A stretch of 64,000 bases of DNA from Patescibacteria group bacterium (GCA_041664365.1 JBAYKW010000006.1:7286-71285); one strand, 5' to 3'. Counted from the stretch's first letter, positions 1 to 10,001 are shown. Notes: generated by a model from the letters alone, not told the origin. Made by a program: numbers and translations.

Positions 1-172
<172 letters not shown>

Positions 173-199
173 ACCTGTAGCTTTCCAAATAAATATATA

Positions 200-232
200 A
201 AAACGGGCGTCCTCTTTAAAGGCGCCTGTTTT
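200..232 (+). terminator. Intrinsic terminator after rpoC
   Basis: aaaacgggcgtc...ggcgcctgtttt hairpin. Confidence 0.6.
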
Positions 233-309
233 GGTCTCTAAATCATAAATAATTACTTTGACTTTTACTCATTTTTCATGTTAAAATGAACATTCAATCA
301 GTATAAAAG

Positions 310-2568
310 ATGGCAAATACTCAACCCAAAAAGCGAATAAAAAAGGAAGTCCCCGAAGCGGAGAGGCAACCCATTTTAAACCCCGGAACACGTCGGGGGA
401 TTACTATTGTCGCACTTTTTGTCGTGGCGGCGATCAGTATTTTGAGTTTTTTTGATCTGGCCGGGAGTGTTGGGGTCTATCTGGATCAGTTATTGAAAAT
501 CGTTTTCGGATGGGGTTCATTTGTCTTCCCGATCATCCTCATTATATTCGGTTACCTTTTAATTTTTCCGGACAGATACAAGTTGAAGACTTCAAATTAT
601 CTGGGTGTCTTTTTACTGTTACTTTCCTTTTCAGGTATTCTTCACCTTTTTGTCGGATTAGATACCGCAGTGGAAGCAATCGAAGAAGGACGGGGCGGTG
701 GTTACCTGGGTCTGATGATCAGCTTACCGCTTCTGAAGATTATGGGAATTTGGGCGACCTCTATTGTTTTGATCGCGCTATTCTGTATCGCGATTTTGGT
801 AGTATTCGCGACTTCTCTAAACAGGCTGATTGAAGGCGGCAGTGCCGTCGGGTCGGTGATTATCCGGATCCGGGATTTATTCAGCAGAACCAAATATCGC
901 ATAATATCCAAGAAGCAGGAGAAGGAGGACGTCCAGGATGAGGAAGAGCGTTCCTTCAGTAGAAAAACGATTGCTCAAGATGCGGTACATAATGAAGTGA
1001 AAGAGGATGGGGTTATTACAGAAATTAATGAAGATGTGGAAACCGGTGATCAGATGAAGATTTTTAATAAAAGCAAAAACAGAGTGAAGATCGATATTCC
1101 GATTGACCTTTTGGAGGGAAATTCAGCCAAACCAACGAGCGGTGATATCAATTTGAATAAAGAAAAGATTAAAAAAACTCTGCAGAATTTCGGTATTGAA
1201 GTTGAGATGGGTGAGACGAATGTCGGCCCGACCGTAACGCAATACACACTCAAACCGTCCGAGGGTGTAAGGATCTCACAGATTGATACTTTGCAGAATG
1301 ACATCGCGCTGGCCCTGGCCGCCCATCCGATCAGAGTGGAAGCGCCGATCCCGGGCAAATCGCTTGTTGGAATTGAAGTGCCGAACCAAAAAGTGGCGGT
1401 GGTCAAACTGAAGGAGATTATTCAGAGTGATGGGTTTAAAAAGAGAGAATCCGATCTTAGTATTTCTTTAGGCAAGGATGTGTCGGGCAATCCGTGGGTG
1501 GCAGATTTGGATACCATGCCCCATCTTTTGGTTGCCGGTGCCACCGGATCCGGAAAGAGTGTTTGCATCAATTCGATAATCATCAGTCTTTTATATGAGA
1601 ATTCACCGGACAACCTGAAACTTATATTAGTGGATCCAAAAAGGGTGGAATTAACAATTTATAACGGCATACCGCATTTACTGACCCCGGTGATTACGAA
1701 GGCGGATAAGACAGTCAATGCCCTAAACTGGGCGGTGGCGGAAATGGATCGAAGATTTGAATTATTGGCACAATCGGGTCAAAGGAATATCAAAGGATTC
1801 AACGCGGGGGTCAAAGTGGGCTTGCCGTACATCGTAATCGTTATCGATGAATTGGCGGATCTGATGAGTGTCGCTCCGGTGGAAGTGGAGAGCAGAATTA
1901 TCAGACTGGCGCAAATGGCCAGGGCGGTCGGCATTCATTTGATCGTCGCAACCCAGAGACCGTCCGTGGATGTCATCACCGGTTTGATCAAAGCGAATAT
2001 CACCTCCCGTATCGCCTTTACGGTTGCATCGGGTACAGACTCCAGAACAATATTGGATTTTGCCGGTGCGGAGAAACTGCTGGGCAGTGGAGATATGCTT
2101 TATGTTTCACAGCAACTTTCCAAACCGAAGCGTTTGCAGGGGGCATTTGTTACGGAAAGAGAAATTAGAAACATTGTGGACTTCCTGAAAGAAAAAGGTG
2201 AGCCGGAATATAATGATGAAGTAACGGTCCGGCACGGTGCCAATGTTGGTGAAAAAGGTGAAACATTTTCTGATGAAGAAGATGAATTAATCGATGATGC
2301 GCAGGAAATAATCATGGAATCACAAAAAGCCTCCGCCTCTTTCCTGCAGAGAAGGATGAGGATCGGCTACGCGCGCGCCGCACGCATTTTGGATATTTTG
2401 GAACAGAAAGGGATTATCGGCCCGGCGGATGGAGCCAAACCCCGTGATGTTTATGTAAAGGATAAAGAGGATGTAGATATTGTCACTGACCAGTACGACG
2501 AGGTGGAAGGTGTTGTCGAAGACGAGGCAGTTGGTAAGGATGAGACTGACGAGGAAAATAAACTTTAA
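310..2568 (+). CDS. ftsK: DNA translocase FtsK/SpoIIIE
   Basis: N-terminal TM helices, PHLLVAGATGSGKS Walker A, IDELADLM, C-terminal gamma domain (LQRRMRIGYARAAR). Confidence 0.97.
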   Translation: MANTQPKKRIKKEVPEAERQPILNPGTRRGITIVALFVVAAISILSFFDLAGSVGVYLDQLLKIVFGWGSFVFPIILIIFGYLLIFPDRYKLKTSNYLGVFLLLLSFSGILHLFVGLDTAVEAIEEGRGGGYLGLMISLPLLKIMGIWATSIVLIALFCIAILVVFATSLNRLIEGGSAVGSVIIRIRDLFSRTKYRIISKKQEKEDVQDEEERSFSRKTIAQDAVHNEVKEDGVITEINEDVETGDQMKIFNKSKNRVKIDIPIDLLEGNSAKPTSGDINLNKEKIKKTLQNFGIEVEMGETNVGPTVTQYTLKPSEGVRISQIDTLQNDIALALAAHPIRVEAPIPGKSLVGIEVPNQKVAVVKLKEIIQSDGFKKRESDLSISLGKDVSGNPWVADLDTMPHLLVAGATGSGKSVCINSIIISLLYENSPDNLKLILVDPKRVELTIYNGIPHLLTPVITKADKTVNALNWAVAEMDRRFELLAQSGQRNIKGFNAGVKVGLPYIVIVIDELADLMSVAPVEVESRIIRLAQMARAVGIHLIVATQRPSVDVITGLIKANITSRIAFTVASGTDSRTILDFAGAEKLLGSGDMLYVSQQLSKPKRLQGAFVTEREIRNIVDFLKEKGEPEYNDEVTVRHGANVGEKGETFSDEEDELIDDAQEIIMESQKASASFLQRRMRIGYARAARILDILEQKGIIGPADGAKPRDVYVKDKEDVDIVTDQYDEVEGVVEDEAVGKDETDEENKL

Positions 2569-2573
2569 AAAAA

Positions 2574-3263
2574 ATGGGAAGTTTCAAAGGCAAAGAAATA
2601 CGCGAAACTCGCACGCTGGGTGATAAACTTCGTGAAGCACGGGAAGAAGACAAAATCTCCTTAGCGGATGCCGGAAATGCAATACAGATACGCAAAGAAT
2701 ATCTGCAGTATTTAGAGGAAGGGGAATACAGTAAACTGCCGGGGGAAGTTTATATCAGAAATTTTCTGATCAAGTATGCTACTTTTCTACATTTGAATCC
2801 CAACAGGGTGATCGAAATATTTGAAGCGGAAAAAAAGATCTTTAAGAATATTACTCCCCTGGAAAAACATCCGACCAACGGCAGAAATGTGGTAAGAAAT
2901 CATCCGATTATCAATCCGAAATTTTTCCGGAACGGAATGGTAATTCTGATCATTATCTCCCTATTAATCTATTTTGGCATAGAGGTAAGCCAGATTATGT
3001 CACCGCCCTCACTGGAAATATATTCTCCCAAGGAAGATAATGTGACAACAAATGAATTTTCCTACGAAATATCCGGCCAAACGGAAAAAGAAACAACAGT
3101 TATGATCAACGGTGAAGAAATACTGGGTGATCCAAACGGATATTTCGAAGCGGTTGTCGCACTGAAGGAGGGGATAAATATTCTGGAAATAACCGCCGTC
3201 CGCAAAAGCAGTAAGGCGAACACAATTTACAAAAGAATCAGAGTGGAGCCGGGAGAAATTTAA
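2574..3263 (+). CDS. RodZ-like HTH membrane protein with C-terminal Ig-like domain
   Basis: LGDKLREARE...YLEEGEYSKLPGEVYIRNFLIKYA HTH, one TM helix; ftsK-rodZ-recA synteny. Confidence 0.8.
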   Translation: MGSFKGKEIRETRTLGDKLREAREEDKISLADAGNAIQIRKEYLQYLEEGEYSKLPGEVYIRNFLIKYATFLHLNPNRVIEIFEAEKKIFKNITPLEKHPTNGRNVVRNHPIINPKFFRNGMVILIIISLLIYFGIEVSQIMSPPSLEIYSPKEDNVTTNEFSYEISGQTEKETTVMINGEEILGDPNGYFEAVVALKEGINILEITAVRKSSKANTIYKRIRVEPGEI

Positions 3264-3295
3264 ATAATATATATCTTATTTTTAATTAATATACA

Positions 3296-4315
3296 ATGAC
3301 AAAAAATCCAATAGCAAGATCCGACGAAAAAGATAAAGCCGCGCAGGTGGCGATCGACCAGATCAAAGACCGGTTCGGCGCCGGAGCGATTATGAAATTG
3401 GGCGATACGCAAAAAGTAAAAGTTGATTCCATATCAACCGGCTGTGTTTCCCTGGATATCGCGCTCGGCGTGGGCGGGGTTCCGCGCGGAAGAATTATTG
3501 AAATCTACGGTCCGGAATCATCCGGTAAAACAACCCTGGCCCAGCACATTGTCGCTGAAGTGCAGAAGGTCGGAGGAACAGCTGCTTTTATTGACGCGGA
3601 ACACGCGCTGGATCCGGGCTATGCCAAAAAGATCGGAGTGGATACGGAAGAACTGCTGATTTCACAGCCGGATAACGGTGAACAGGCCTTGGAGATATTG
3701 GAAACTTTGGTCCGTTCCAACGCGGTGGACGTAGTAGTGGTGGACTCGGTCGCGGCACTGACACCGAAGGCGGAAATTGAAGGTGATATGGGCGATTCAC
3801 ACATGGGACTGCAGGCCAGACTGATGAGCCAGGCTCTCCGAAAACTGGCCGGCATCATCAGTAAGAGCAATACGGTCGTAATCTTTATCAACCAGATCCG
3901 TATGAAGATCGGTGTATTCTTCGGCAACCCGGAGACGACCACCGGTGGTAATGCGCTAAAATTTTATTCCTCCGTCCGGATCGAAGTACGCCGTTCGGCG
4001 CAGATTAAAAAAGGCGAACAGATTATCGGTAACCGCGTAAAAGCAAAAGTAGTAAAGAATAAAGTAGCCGCCCCTTTCCGAACGACTGAATTTGATATTA
4101 TGTACAATGAAGGGATCTCAATGGCGGGTGATCTGATCGATACTGCCATCCAATACGGAGTCATGAATAAAAACGGCAACTCTTACAGTTACGGAGAAGC
4201 AAAACTGGGAGTAGGCAGAGAAACAGCCAGGGTAGCCTTGAGAGATGACAAGAAGCTGATGAAAGAAATCAAGGAAAAAGTTCTGCTCGCGGTTAAGAAT
4301 ACAGAAGAAAAATAG
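3296..4315 (+). CDS. recA: Recombinase RecA
   Basis: [37 protein letters not shown] motifs. Confidence 0.99.
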   Translation: MTKNPIARSDEKDKAAQVAIDQIKDRFGAGAIMKLGDTQKVKVDSISTGCVSLDIALGVGGVPRGRIIEIYGPESSGKTTLAQHIVAEVQKVGGTAAFIDAEHALDPGYAKKIGVDTEELLISQPDNGEQALEILETLVRSNAVDVVVVDSVAALTPKAEIEGDMGDSHMGLQARLMSQALRKLAGIISKSNTVVIFINQIRMKIGVFFGNPETTTGGNALKFYSSVRIEVRRSAQIKKGEQIIGNRVKAKVVKNKVAAPFRTTEFDIMYNEGISMAGDLIDTAIQYGVMNKNGNSYSYGEAKLGVGRETARVALRDDKKLMKEIKEKVLLAVKNTEEK

Positions 4316-4330
4316 AAAATCTTTATAATC

Positions 4331-4367
4331 AAAAACCCCCACACTTATCTTAAGTGTGGGGGTTTTA
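4331..4367. terminator. Bidirectional terminator between convergent recA and efp
   Basis: aaaaacccccacactta-tct-taagtgtgggggtttt palindrome with A/T tails. Confidence 0.75.
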
Positions 4368-4373
4368 GTTTTA

Positions 4374-4943
4374 TTATACTTGATTGACTCTTTCTACGTA
4401 TAAACCCGATTCTGTATTCACCCGGATTGTATCACCTTCTTTGATAAACAGCGGGGCCTGCACCGTATAGCCGGTTTCGACAACCACCGGTTTATAAACA
4501 CTGCCCTGCGCGGTATCGCCTTTCACTCCCGGCGCGGCTTCAGTTACTTTAAGATCTACTTTGGTTGGGATATTGATTGATACCGGTTTACCGTCGAAAT
4601 TCAAGACTTCAATATCGGACTCTTCTTTGACAAAGTTGGAAATTTCCCCGATCTGCGCTTTCGGCAGGACAAACTGTTCAAACGAATCATTATCCATGAA
4701 ATAAAAGTCATCTCCTTCACGGTACAGGAAATTTGCTTTGGTACGGGTGAGATCCGCTTCTTGGATTTTGTCTCCGCCCCGATAAGATATTTCTAAGATA
4801 CCGCCGGAAATGACGTTGCGCATTTTTGTGCGCAGTACCGCTCCGCCGCGGCCCATTTTCAAGTGGTCGGTGGAGATAATAACGAAAGGTTCGCCATTTT
4901 CCACGACTACGGTTCCTAATTTGACTTCATTCATTCCTAGCAT
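4374..4943 (-). CDS. efp: Elongation factor P
   Basis: HLKMGRGGA loop, PGVKGDTA, VETG...PLFIKEGD motifs. Confidence 0.96.
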   Translation of the reverse strand: MLGMNEVKLGTVVVENGEPFVIISTDHLKMGRGGAVLRTKMRNVISGGILEISYRGGDKIQEADLTRTKANFLYREGDDFYFMDNDSFEQFVLPKAQIGEISNFVKEESDIEVLNFDGKPVSINIPTKVDLKVTEAAPGVKGDTAQGSVYKPVVVETGYTVQAPLFIKEGDTIRVNTESGLYVERVNQV

Positions 4944-4956
4944 ATTTTTCTCTAGA

Positions 4957-5196
4957 TTATCTGGTTGTATAAGGAATCAGTGCCATAAACCGGGCGCGTT
5001 TTACCGCCTGGGCCAATTTGCGCTGATGTTTGGAGCAGGTTCCGGTTTTCTTTCTTGGCAGGATTTTGGCATAGGAGGAAAGAAATCTCTGGAATGCTTT
5101 GGTGTCTTTGTAGTCAATTTCCGCAATGCCGTTGGCACAGAAATGACAGACTCTGATTTTTGGTAAACTATTGGTTGTTGTTGTTCGTGGTCTCAT
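4957..5196 (-). CDS. rpsR: 30S ribosomal protein S18
   Basis: CHFC...IDYKD...[16 protein letters not shown]...ARFMALIPY. Confidence 0.97.
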   Translation of the reverse strand: MRPRTTTTNSLPKIRVCHFCANGIAEIDYKDTKAFQRFLSSYAKILPRKKTGTCSKHQRKLAQAVKRARFMALIPYTTR

Positions 5197-5208
5197 ATTT
5201 ATAGGGGG

Positions 5209-5640
5209 TTAAAAAGGAATATCTTCAACATTGATCTCTTCTTCATCTGACGGAGCCTGTGGCTGTGGTACTGCTTCCGGTCGGGATGCTGCGCTGCCTT
5301 CTGATTTTTCGCCCGGCCTGCCCAGCATGATCATGTTTTCGCCGACTATTTCTGTGCGATAACGTTTCTTTCCGTCATCACCGTCCCAGGAACGGGTCTG
5401 CAATCGGCCTTCGATGTAAACCTGACCGCCCTTTTTCAGATACTGGCCGGCTATTTCCGCCAGCTTGCCCCAGGTGACAATGTTGTGGAACTCGGATTTT
5501 TCCTGCTTCTGTCCGCTTTTGTCCGTCCAGTTGAAACTGGTGGCCAGGGAAAATGTGGTGACGGTTTGTCCGGAAGGAATCGTCTTGGTTTCCGGATCGC
5601 GGGTCAGTCGCCCGATGATTGTTGCTTTGTTTAAGTCCAT
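5209..5640 (-). CDS. ssb: Single-stranded DNA-binding protein
   Basis: NKATIIGRLTRDPE OB fold, C-terminal EDIPF. Confidence 0.98.
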   Translation of the reverse strand: MDLNKATIIGRLTRDPETKTIPSGQTVTTFSLATSFNWTDKSGQKQEKSEFHNIVTWGKLAEIAGQYLKKGGQVYIEGRLQTRSWDGDDGKKRYRTEIVGENMIMLGRPGEKSEGSAASRPEAVPQPQAPSDEEEINVEDIPF

Positions 5641-5661
5641 AGTATTTTTGGTAAAGGTTAA

Positions 5662-6195
5662 TTATGTTCCTAAAATATCGTCATCGAGAATATGATCCAG
5701 TTTCTCGTCCAGTTCCTCGAGCGATACTTTCTTCTGTTCCTTCTTAACCTGTCTTTCTACTTTTTCCTCTTCCACTGGTTTCGGATCCGCAAACGGTATT
5801 CGGTTAATTACCGGCTCTTCAGCTTCGAATAATGGTTTGACTTCTACCGGCTTCTCGATTCTTCTTTCCTTGGCTTCTTTCGCCCGTTTCTCCGCTCTGG
5901 CGATCGCCAGTACGTCCCGGACGGTTATGATGTATCTGGTTACTTCGTCCATGATTGCCAGTTCTTTCTCCATTGTGCGCAGATTAGCACCCGGCAAATC
6001 AAAATCTACCTGCACGTAATAACCATAGCGCTGGTTTTTGATCGGGTAGGCTAGTTTTTTCTTGCCTAGGTTGTTGTCGCGGACGACGGTGCCCTCGTTC
6101 TTCTTGATCAGTTCGAACACTTTGTCGCGAACAAAAGGAATCTCTTCCTCAGAAATTTTGGAAGAGATAATTACTAAAAGCTCGTAATTTTGCAT
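5662..6195 (-). CDS. rpsF: 30S ribosomal protein S6 with charged C-terminal extension
   Basis: Start moved to ATG 6195 (MQNYELL); LGKKKLAYPIK motif; rpsF-ssb-rpsR operon. Confidence 0.93.
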   Translation of the reverse strand: MQNYELLVIISSKISEEEIPFVRDKVFELIKKNEGTVVRDNNLGKKKLAYPIKNQRYGYYVQVDFDLPGANLRTMEKELAIMDEVTRYIITVRDVLAIARAEKRAKEAKERRIEKPVEVKPLFEAEEPVINRIPFADPKPVEEEKVERQVKKEQKKVSLEELDEKLDHILDDDILGT

Positions 6196-6270
6196 ATTTT
6201 GACCTCTTTCTTGCCTGTCCATCTTGAAATGGTCGTTATCTTCCAAGACATGGGATTGAGCAGGCATTAA
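6196..6270 (-). ncRNA. Putative rpsF leader hairpin (S6:S18 autoregulatory-like)
   Basis: Minus strand tgcctg-ctcaatCCCatgtcttg...ttcaagatgga-caggca hairpin just before AGAGG SD; CCC next to an internal loop resembles the S6:S18 motif. Confidence 0.4.
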
Positions 6271-6295
6271 TTTATAAGTTGTAAAGTTCCCCGCA

Positions 6296-6324
6296 ATCTT
6301 ACCAAAGGCGGGGGAAGGTGTCAA
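6296..6324 (-). promoter_or_regulatory. sigma70 promoter of the rpsF operon
   Basis: TTGACA (6324-6319), 17 bp, TAAGAT (6301-6296). Confidence 0.7.
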
Positions 6325-6358
6325 CCCCGTTAGAAATATCGATTTCTAACGGGGTCAA
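6321..6358. repeat. CCCCGTT...AACGGGG palindrome flanked by TCAA/TTGA direct repeats
   Basis: tcaa-CCCCGTTAGAAAT-atcg-ATTTCTAACGGGG-tcaa; related copies at 16968, 19987, 20857, 26570. Confidence 0.85.
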
Positions 6359-6368
6359 GGGTTATATC

Positions 6369-6533
6369 CCGCAGGCGCGAATTCGAATTCGCGCCTGCGG
6401 ATAGGGTTCAGTTCTGCAGAAAACCCGATTGCTGTAACCCCAAACTGGTCGCATGTCGGAGCGCGATAATTGGACTGACCTGTCCGCCGTATCCGCCGGC
6501 CGGCGGAGAATGCGGGTCAGTCACCACACCCCC
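6369..6533. repeat. Cluster of REP-like palindromes
   Basis: cgcaggcgcgaattc/gaattcgcgcctgcg; gaaaacccg...ctggtcgcatgtcggagcgc unit shared with ~9560, ~19800 and (inverted) ~26770; nested hairpin at 6471-6533. Confidence 0.7.
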
Positions 6534-6711
6534 TGCGCCATTGACATAAATGGCAATCTGTATTAAAAGGTAGTCAACTGCCAAGCAGGAGTGCGAATAA
6601 CGTGCTTCAAGGCAAAGCAGTGGCCGGCGAATAATGTCGGTCGGCTCTTTCACGAACGGATGCTCCAGGGCGAATATCGTTCCGGCATCTGACAAACAGT
6701 GGAGGTAACTC

Positions 6712-7245
6712 ATGTTTCTCTGGCATCTCATCTGTATGAGCTACGGTTGGAGACGCCGCAAGTGGCAGAGGATCTTCTTCCTCGCTCTGCTCACGCCGCT
6801 CATCATCAACGGCATCTTCGGAAACATCTACGACTACTCGAAGTCGTGGAGCTACGCTGTTCTCTTCGGAGAGCTGGTGCTCTTCCTGTCCATTGACCGC
6901 GTAGTCAAGCGCCAGTTTCGTCGGGCGCTCAAGCGGAGGCTGAGGCCCGTCTGGGATTTTTTTGAGGGTAGTGCGCTTTCCGAAGAGAAGATCATACAGA
7001 GAACTGTTGATGTGTTTCTGGAAGCGATGGCTTGGCGACTCAAGCAACTGACCGAAGATCAGCGGTTGATCGCAACACGGGAGAAGAGTTTTCCCGGTCT
7101 CTGGACAGCCAAGCTGATGATCATCAACAATCTGGTTGCCGTCGCGTTGAAGGATTTCTGGCGGGTCCACTGGCTCGCTCGCGCCCTCGGTTTCAAGGTG
7201 AAGCTTCGCTGGTGGGGCTACCTCCCGAGCGATAACGCCGAATAG
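6712..7245 (+). CDS. GC-rich hypothetical membrane protein, paralog of 7287..7829
   Basis: GGAGG SD, two hydrophobic segments, shared LTEDQR and ALKDFWRVHWLAR motifs. Confidence 0.75.
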   Translation: MFLWHLICMSYGWRRRKWQRIFFLALLTPLIINGIFGNIYDYSKSWSYAVLFGELVLFLSIDRVVKRQFRRALKRRLRPVWDFFEGSALSEEKIIQRTVDVFLEAMAWRLKQLTEDQRLIATREKSFPGLWTAKLMIINNLVAVALKDFWRVHWLARALGFKVKLRWWGYLPSDNAE

Positions 7246-7286
7246 GCATTACATACGGGCTCGCTGAACCACAGAGGAGACAAATC

Positions 7287-7829
7287 ATGTTCATTTGGCG
7301 TCTCATCTGCCTGAGTCGGAGGCGTAGCGGGAGAATGAAGTTCTTCTTTCTCTTTCTGCTCGCGTTCCTCCTGATCAACATGGTCCTCTTCCGCATCTTC
7401 AGCATCTTCGACTTCGTGTTGTGGAGGGCTCTCACGATGTTCGGGGAGTTGGTGCTCTACATCATCATCGATCGCGTCGTACTCTTCCTTCACTTCCGCG
7501 CGCTGTGGAAGAAGCTGACACCGCTCCGCGTTCTGTACAACAGCGACCTGGAGTCCAGGGAGGAGGTGATGGCCATCTTGGAAAGCTGCACCTTCCGGTA
7601 CTTGACCGCGATGGCCTGGCGGATCGAGTGTCTGACCGAAGATCAGCGGATTTTCTCGGAGAAGACGAAGTACTTCCCCGATTCCTGCGCAGGACAGGCG
7701 ATGGTCACCAACGACCTAGTCGCTCATGCGCTGAAGGACTTCTGGCGGGTCCACTGGCTTGCTCGCAGTCTCGGCGTGGATGTGTACAACAGCTGGAAGT
7801 ACTACGTTATGCCGGATGACGTCGAGTAG
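7287..7829 (+). CDS. GC-rich hypothetical membrane protein, paralog of 6712..7245
   Basis: GAGGAG SD, same motifs; terminator-like hairpin at ~7842-7890. Confidence 0.75.
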   Translation: MFIWRLICLSRRRSGRMKFFFLFLLAFLLINMVLFRIFSIFDFVLWRALTMFGELVLYIIIDRVVLFLHFRALWKKLTPLRVLYNSDLESREEVMAILESCTFRYLTAMAWRIECLTEDQRIFSEKTKYFPDSCAGQAMVTNDLVAHALKDFWRVHWLARSLGVDVYNSWKYYVMPDDVE

Positions 7830-7960
7830 GTATCGCACGAAGCTCGGGCTCGAATCGTACACACGATTTGACCCGGGCATTTTTTATTTTACCTAAAACA
7901 AAAGCAACCGGTTATTATTCAAACCGGTTGTTCGTCGGAGCGCGATTTCTAAACACTTAT

Positions 7961-8028
7961 GGATTCCCGCTTTCGCGGGAATGACAGGGGGATACTAATT
8001 GTCATCCTCGGACTTGATCCGGGGATCC
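7961..8028. repeat. Inverted REP/RPE-like doublet (GGATTCCCGC..GGGAATGAC / GTCATCCTCGG..GGATCC)
   Basis: Same doublet type at ~9624-9753, ~19868-19938, ~26659-26747. Confidence 0.8.
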
Positions 8029-8131
8029 ATTATTTTTTTGAATAAGTACAATAACAATTGATATGGTTGGTCAATCCGCGCAAATATGCTACATTAAAAA
8101 CCAGACCCTTTAATCATTAACGAAAAAATTA

Positions 8132-9439
8132 ATGACAAAAAGTGCCAAGGTTAGTATTTTCATAATTATCATTGTGCTAATTTTAGCCGGAATTCTCTGG
8201 TGGCTAAATACCAACACCTCATTTTTATCGCTCGGCAATAACGAACAGGAAATTATTAATAACAATTTCAATAACCAACCGGTAAATACAAGTAATACAA
8301 ACACAGCCGAAAACACCAACACCGAACCACAAGCCCCCGCGCCGGATCTGACTGAGCTTATCGAACAGGATCTGCAAATCCCCGCCCAGTACCAAACCGG
8401 AACATTTGCTACGGCGCGCAAGTTAAACTTACCCGCCGGGTTTACTATCAGTCTGTATGCCGCGGGGCTTACCGCACCGCGCTTTTTTGACTTTGACGAA
8501 GAGAACAATTTAATCGTCGCGGACAAAGGCGCGGGTAAAATATTTCTGCTGAAAGATACAAATCAAGACGGCACCGCGGATGAAAATATAGTGATTGACT
8601 CAGACCTCAAGACAATGCACAGCGTGGACTTTTACAAAGGGGATTTGTTCGCCGGAGAAGAGCATCAAATAATAGTCTACCGCGACTTACAGCCGGACGG
8701 CACTTACAGCGCCAAAGATGTATTAGTAGCAGACCTGCCGTCAGATGGCGGTCACTCCACCCGAACGGTGCTGGTCGGTCCGGATGAGAAGCTGTATGTA
8801 TCAGTCGGATCAAGTTGTAATATCTGCGAGGAAAAGGACGAACGCCGTGCCGCCGTCATGCAGTATGACCTGGACGGATCAAACGGCCGGGTGTTTGCCA
8901 AGGGCTTACGGAACGCGGTTGGCATAGCTTTTTACAAAGGGGATTTATGGTCGGTGACCAATGGAAGGGACCGCTTGGGTGACGACATCCCACAGGAGGA
9001 AGTGGATATTCTGGAAAAAGGCAATCATTACGGCTGGCCGTACTGCTATGGCAAAGGTGTGGTAGATCCCAGCTTCCCCGCACGCGCCGAGTTCTGCGCC
9101 AACGATACTACCGATCCGGTTTATCTCATGCAGGCCCATTCCGCTCCGCTGGGAGTTACCTTCAATGCTGAGAACAGCGTTTTCCCCGTACAACTTCAGG
9201 AAAACATGTTTGTTGGCTTTCACGGTTCCTGGAACCGCAGTGTTCCCACCGGATACAAAGTCGTGCGCATCAACACGGGCGACGCCAAAGCCGAGCCGGT
9301 TAACTTTATTACCGGGTGGCTTGATGAAAACGGGGATGTCTGGGGCAGGCCGGTGGGAGTCGGTTTTGACCAAAACGGCGTTTTCTATATTTCGGACGAT
9401 GAAGCCGGCGCAATCTACCGCGTAACCTATACCGAATAG
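8132..9439 (+). CDS. PQQ-dependent sugar/sorbosone dehydrogenase family beta-propeller
   Basis: N-terminal TM plus Asn-rich linker; GGHSTR, GSSCNIC, GLRNAVG, YGWPYC, HSAPLG, HGSWNRS motifs. Confidence 0.9.
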   Translation: MTKSAKVSIFIIIIVLILAGILWWLNTNTSFLSLGNNEQEIINNNFNNQPVNTSNTNTAENTNTEPQAPAPDLTELIEQDLQIPAQYQTGTFATARKLNLPAGFTISLYAAGLTAPRFFDFDEENNLIVADKGAGKIFLLKDTNQDGTADENIVIDSDLKTMHSVDFYKGDLFAGEEHQIIVYRDLQPDGTYSAKDVLVADLPSDGGHSTRTVLVGPDEKLYVSVGSSCNICEEKDERRAAVMQYDLDGSNGRVFAKGLRNAVGIAFYKGDLWSVTNGRDRLGDDIPQEEVDILEKGNHYGWPYCYGKGVVDPSFPARAEFCANDTTDPVYLMQAHSAPLGVTFNAENSVFPVQLQENMFVGFHGSWNRSVPTGYKVVRINTGDAKAEPVNFITGWLDENGDVWGRPVGVGFDQNGVFYISDDEAGAIYRVTYTE

Positions 9440-9623
9440 TTTCGGAATATAAAGCTTTAGCTTTATAAAAAAAGGTAAGGCTAAAGCCTTACATTCCATG
9501 TTGTTTTATTTTTTAGGGTAAGTTACCACCACACCCAAATTGGGTGTGGGGGCTTTCCAAAAAACCCAGATTTAATAATCCCAAACCGGTCGCATGTCGG
9601 AGCGCGCGGGCTGGTTTTAATTT

Positions 9624-9753
9624 GGATTCCCGGGCCAAGCCCGGCCAATTTGAATAAATCTAAGCCATACATATTTAATGCAAAAATTGGACGGGCAAGC
9701 CCGAGAATAACAGACTTACTCCCTCCTTGTCATTCCCGCGCAGGCGGGAATCC
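9624..9753. repeat. REP/RPE-like doublet carrying a nested ~60-bp hairpin element (9644-9703)
   Basis: caagcccg-gccaattt...aaaaattggacggg-caagcccg. Confidence 0.75.
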
Positions 9754-9779
9754 ACCATTACTATAGCCCGACTATTGTT

Positions 9780-10001
9780 TTAGCGGGAATCCACTTTTTT
9801 CTTGCCCTTGCTCTTTCTCTTATCAAAATTCCAGACAGAAGCAAACATTCCAATAACGATTAATATAAAGCCAACTGTGAGTAACCAGGGCGATTCATCC
9901 AAATTCCCATATCCTGTCATTCTTGATCCGAGGGACATAAAGGCAACAAGACATCCTATTCCTAGAAAGAAGATGATAATTGAAATTGTGAATTTGTTCA
10001 T
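9780..10001 (-). CDS. Small two-TM membrane protein (DUF3955-like)
   Basis: Start moved to MNKFTIS; two hydrophobic helices around GNLDESPWLL. Confidence 0.6.
   Translation of the reverse strand: MNKFTISIIIFFLGIGCLVAFMSLGSRMTGYGNLDESPWLLTVGFILIVIGMFASVWNFDKRKSKGKKKVDSR

Noticed and set aside
6196-6324. 43-aa N-terminal extension of S6
   Set aside because: It covers the promoter and leader; S6 homology and an SD begin at ATG 6195
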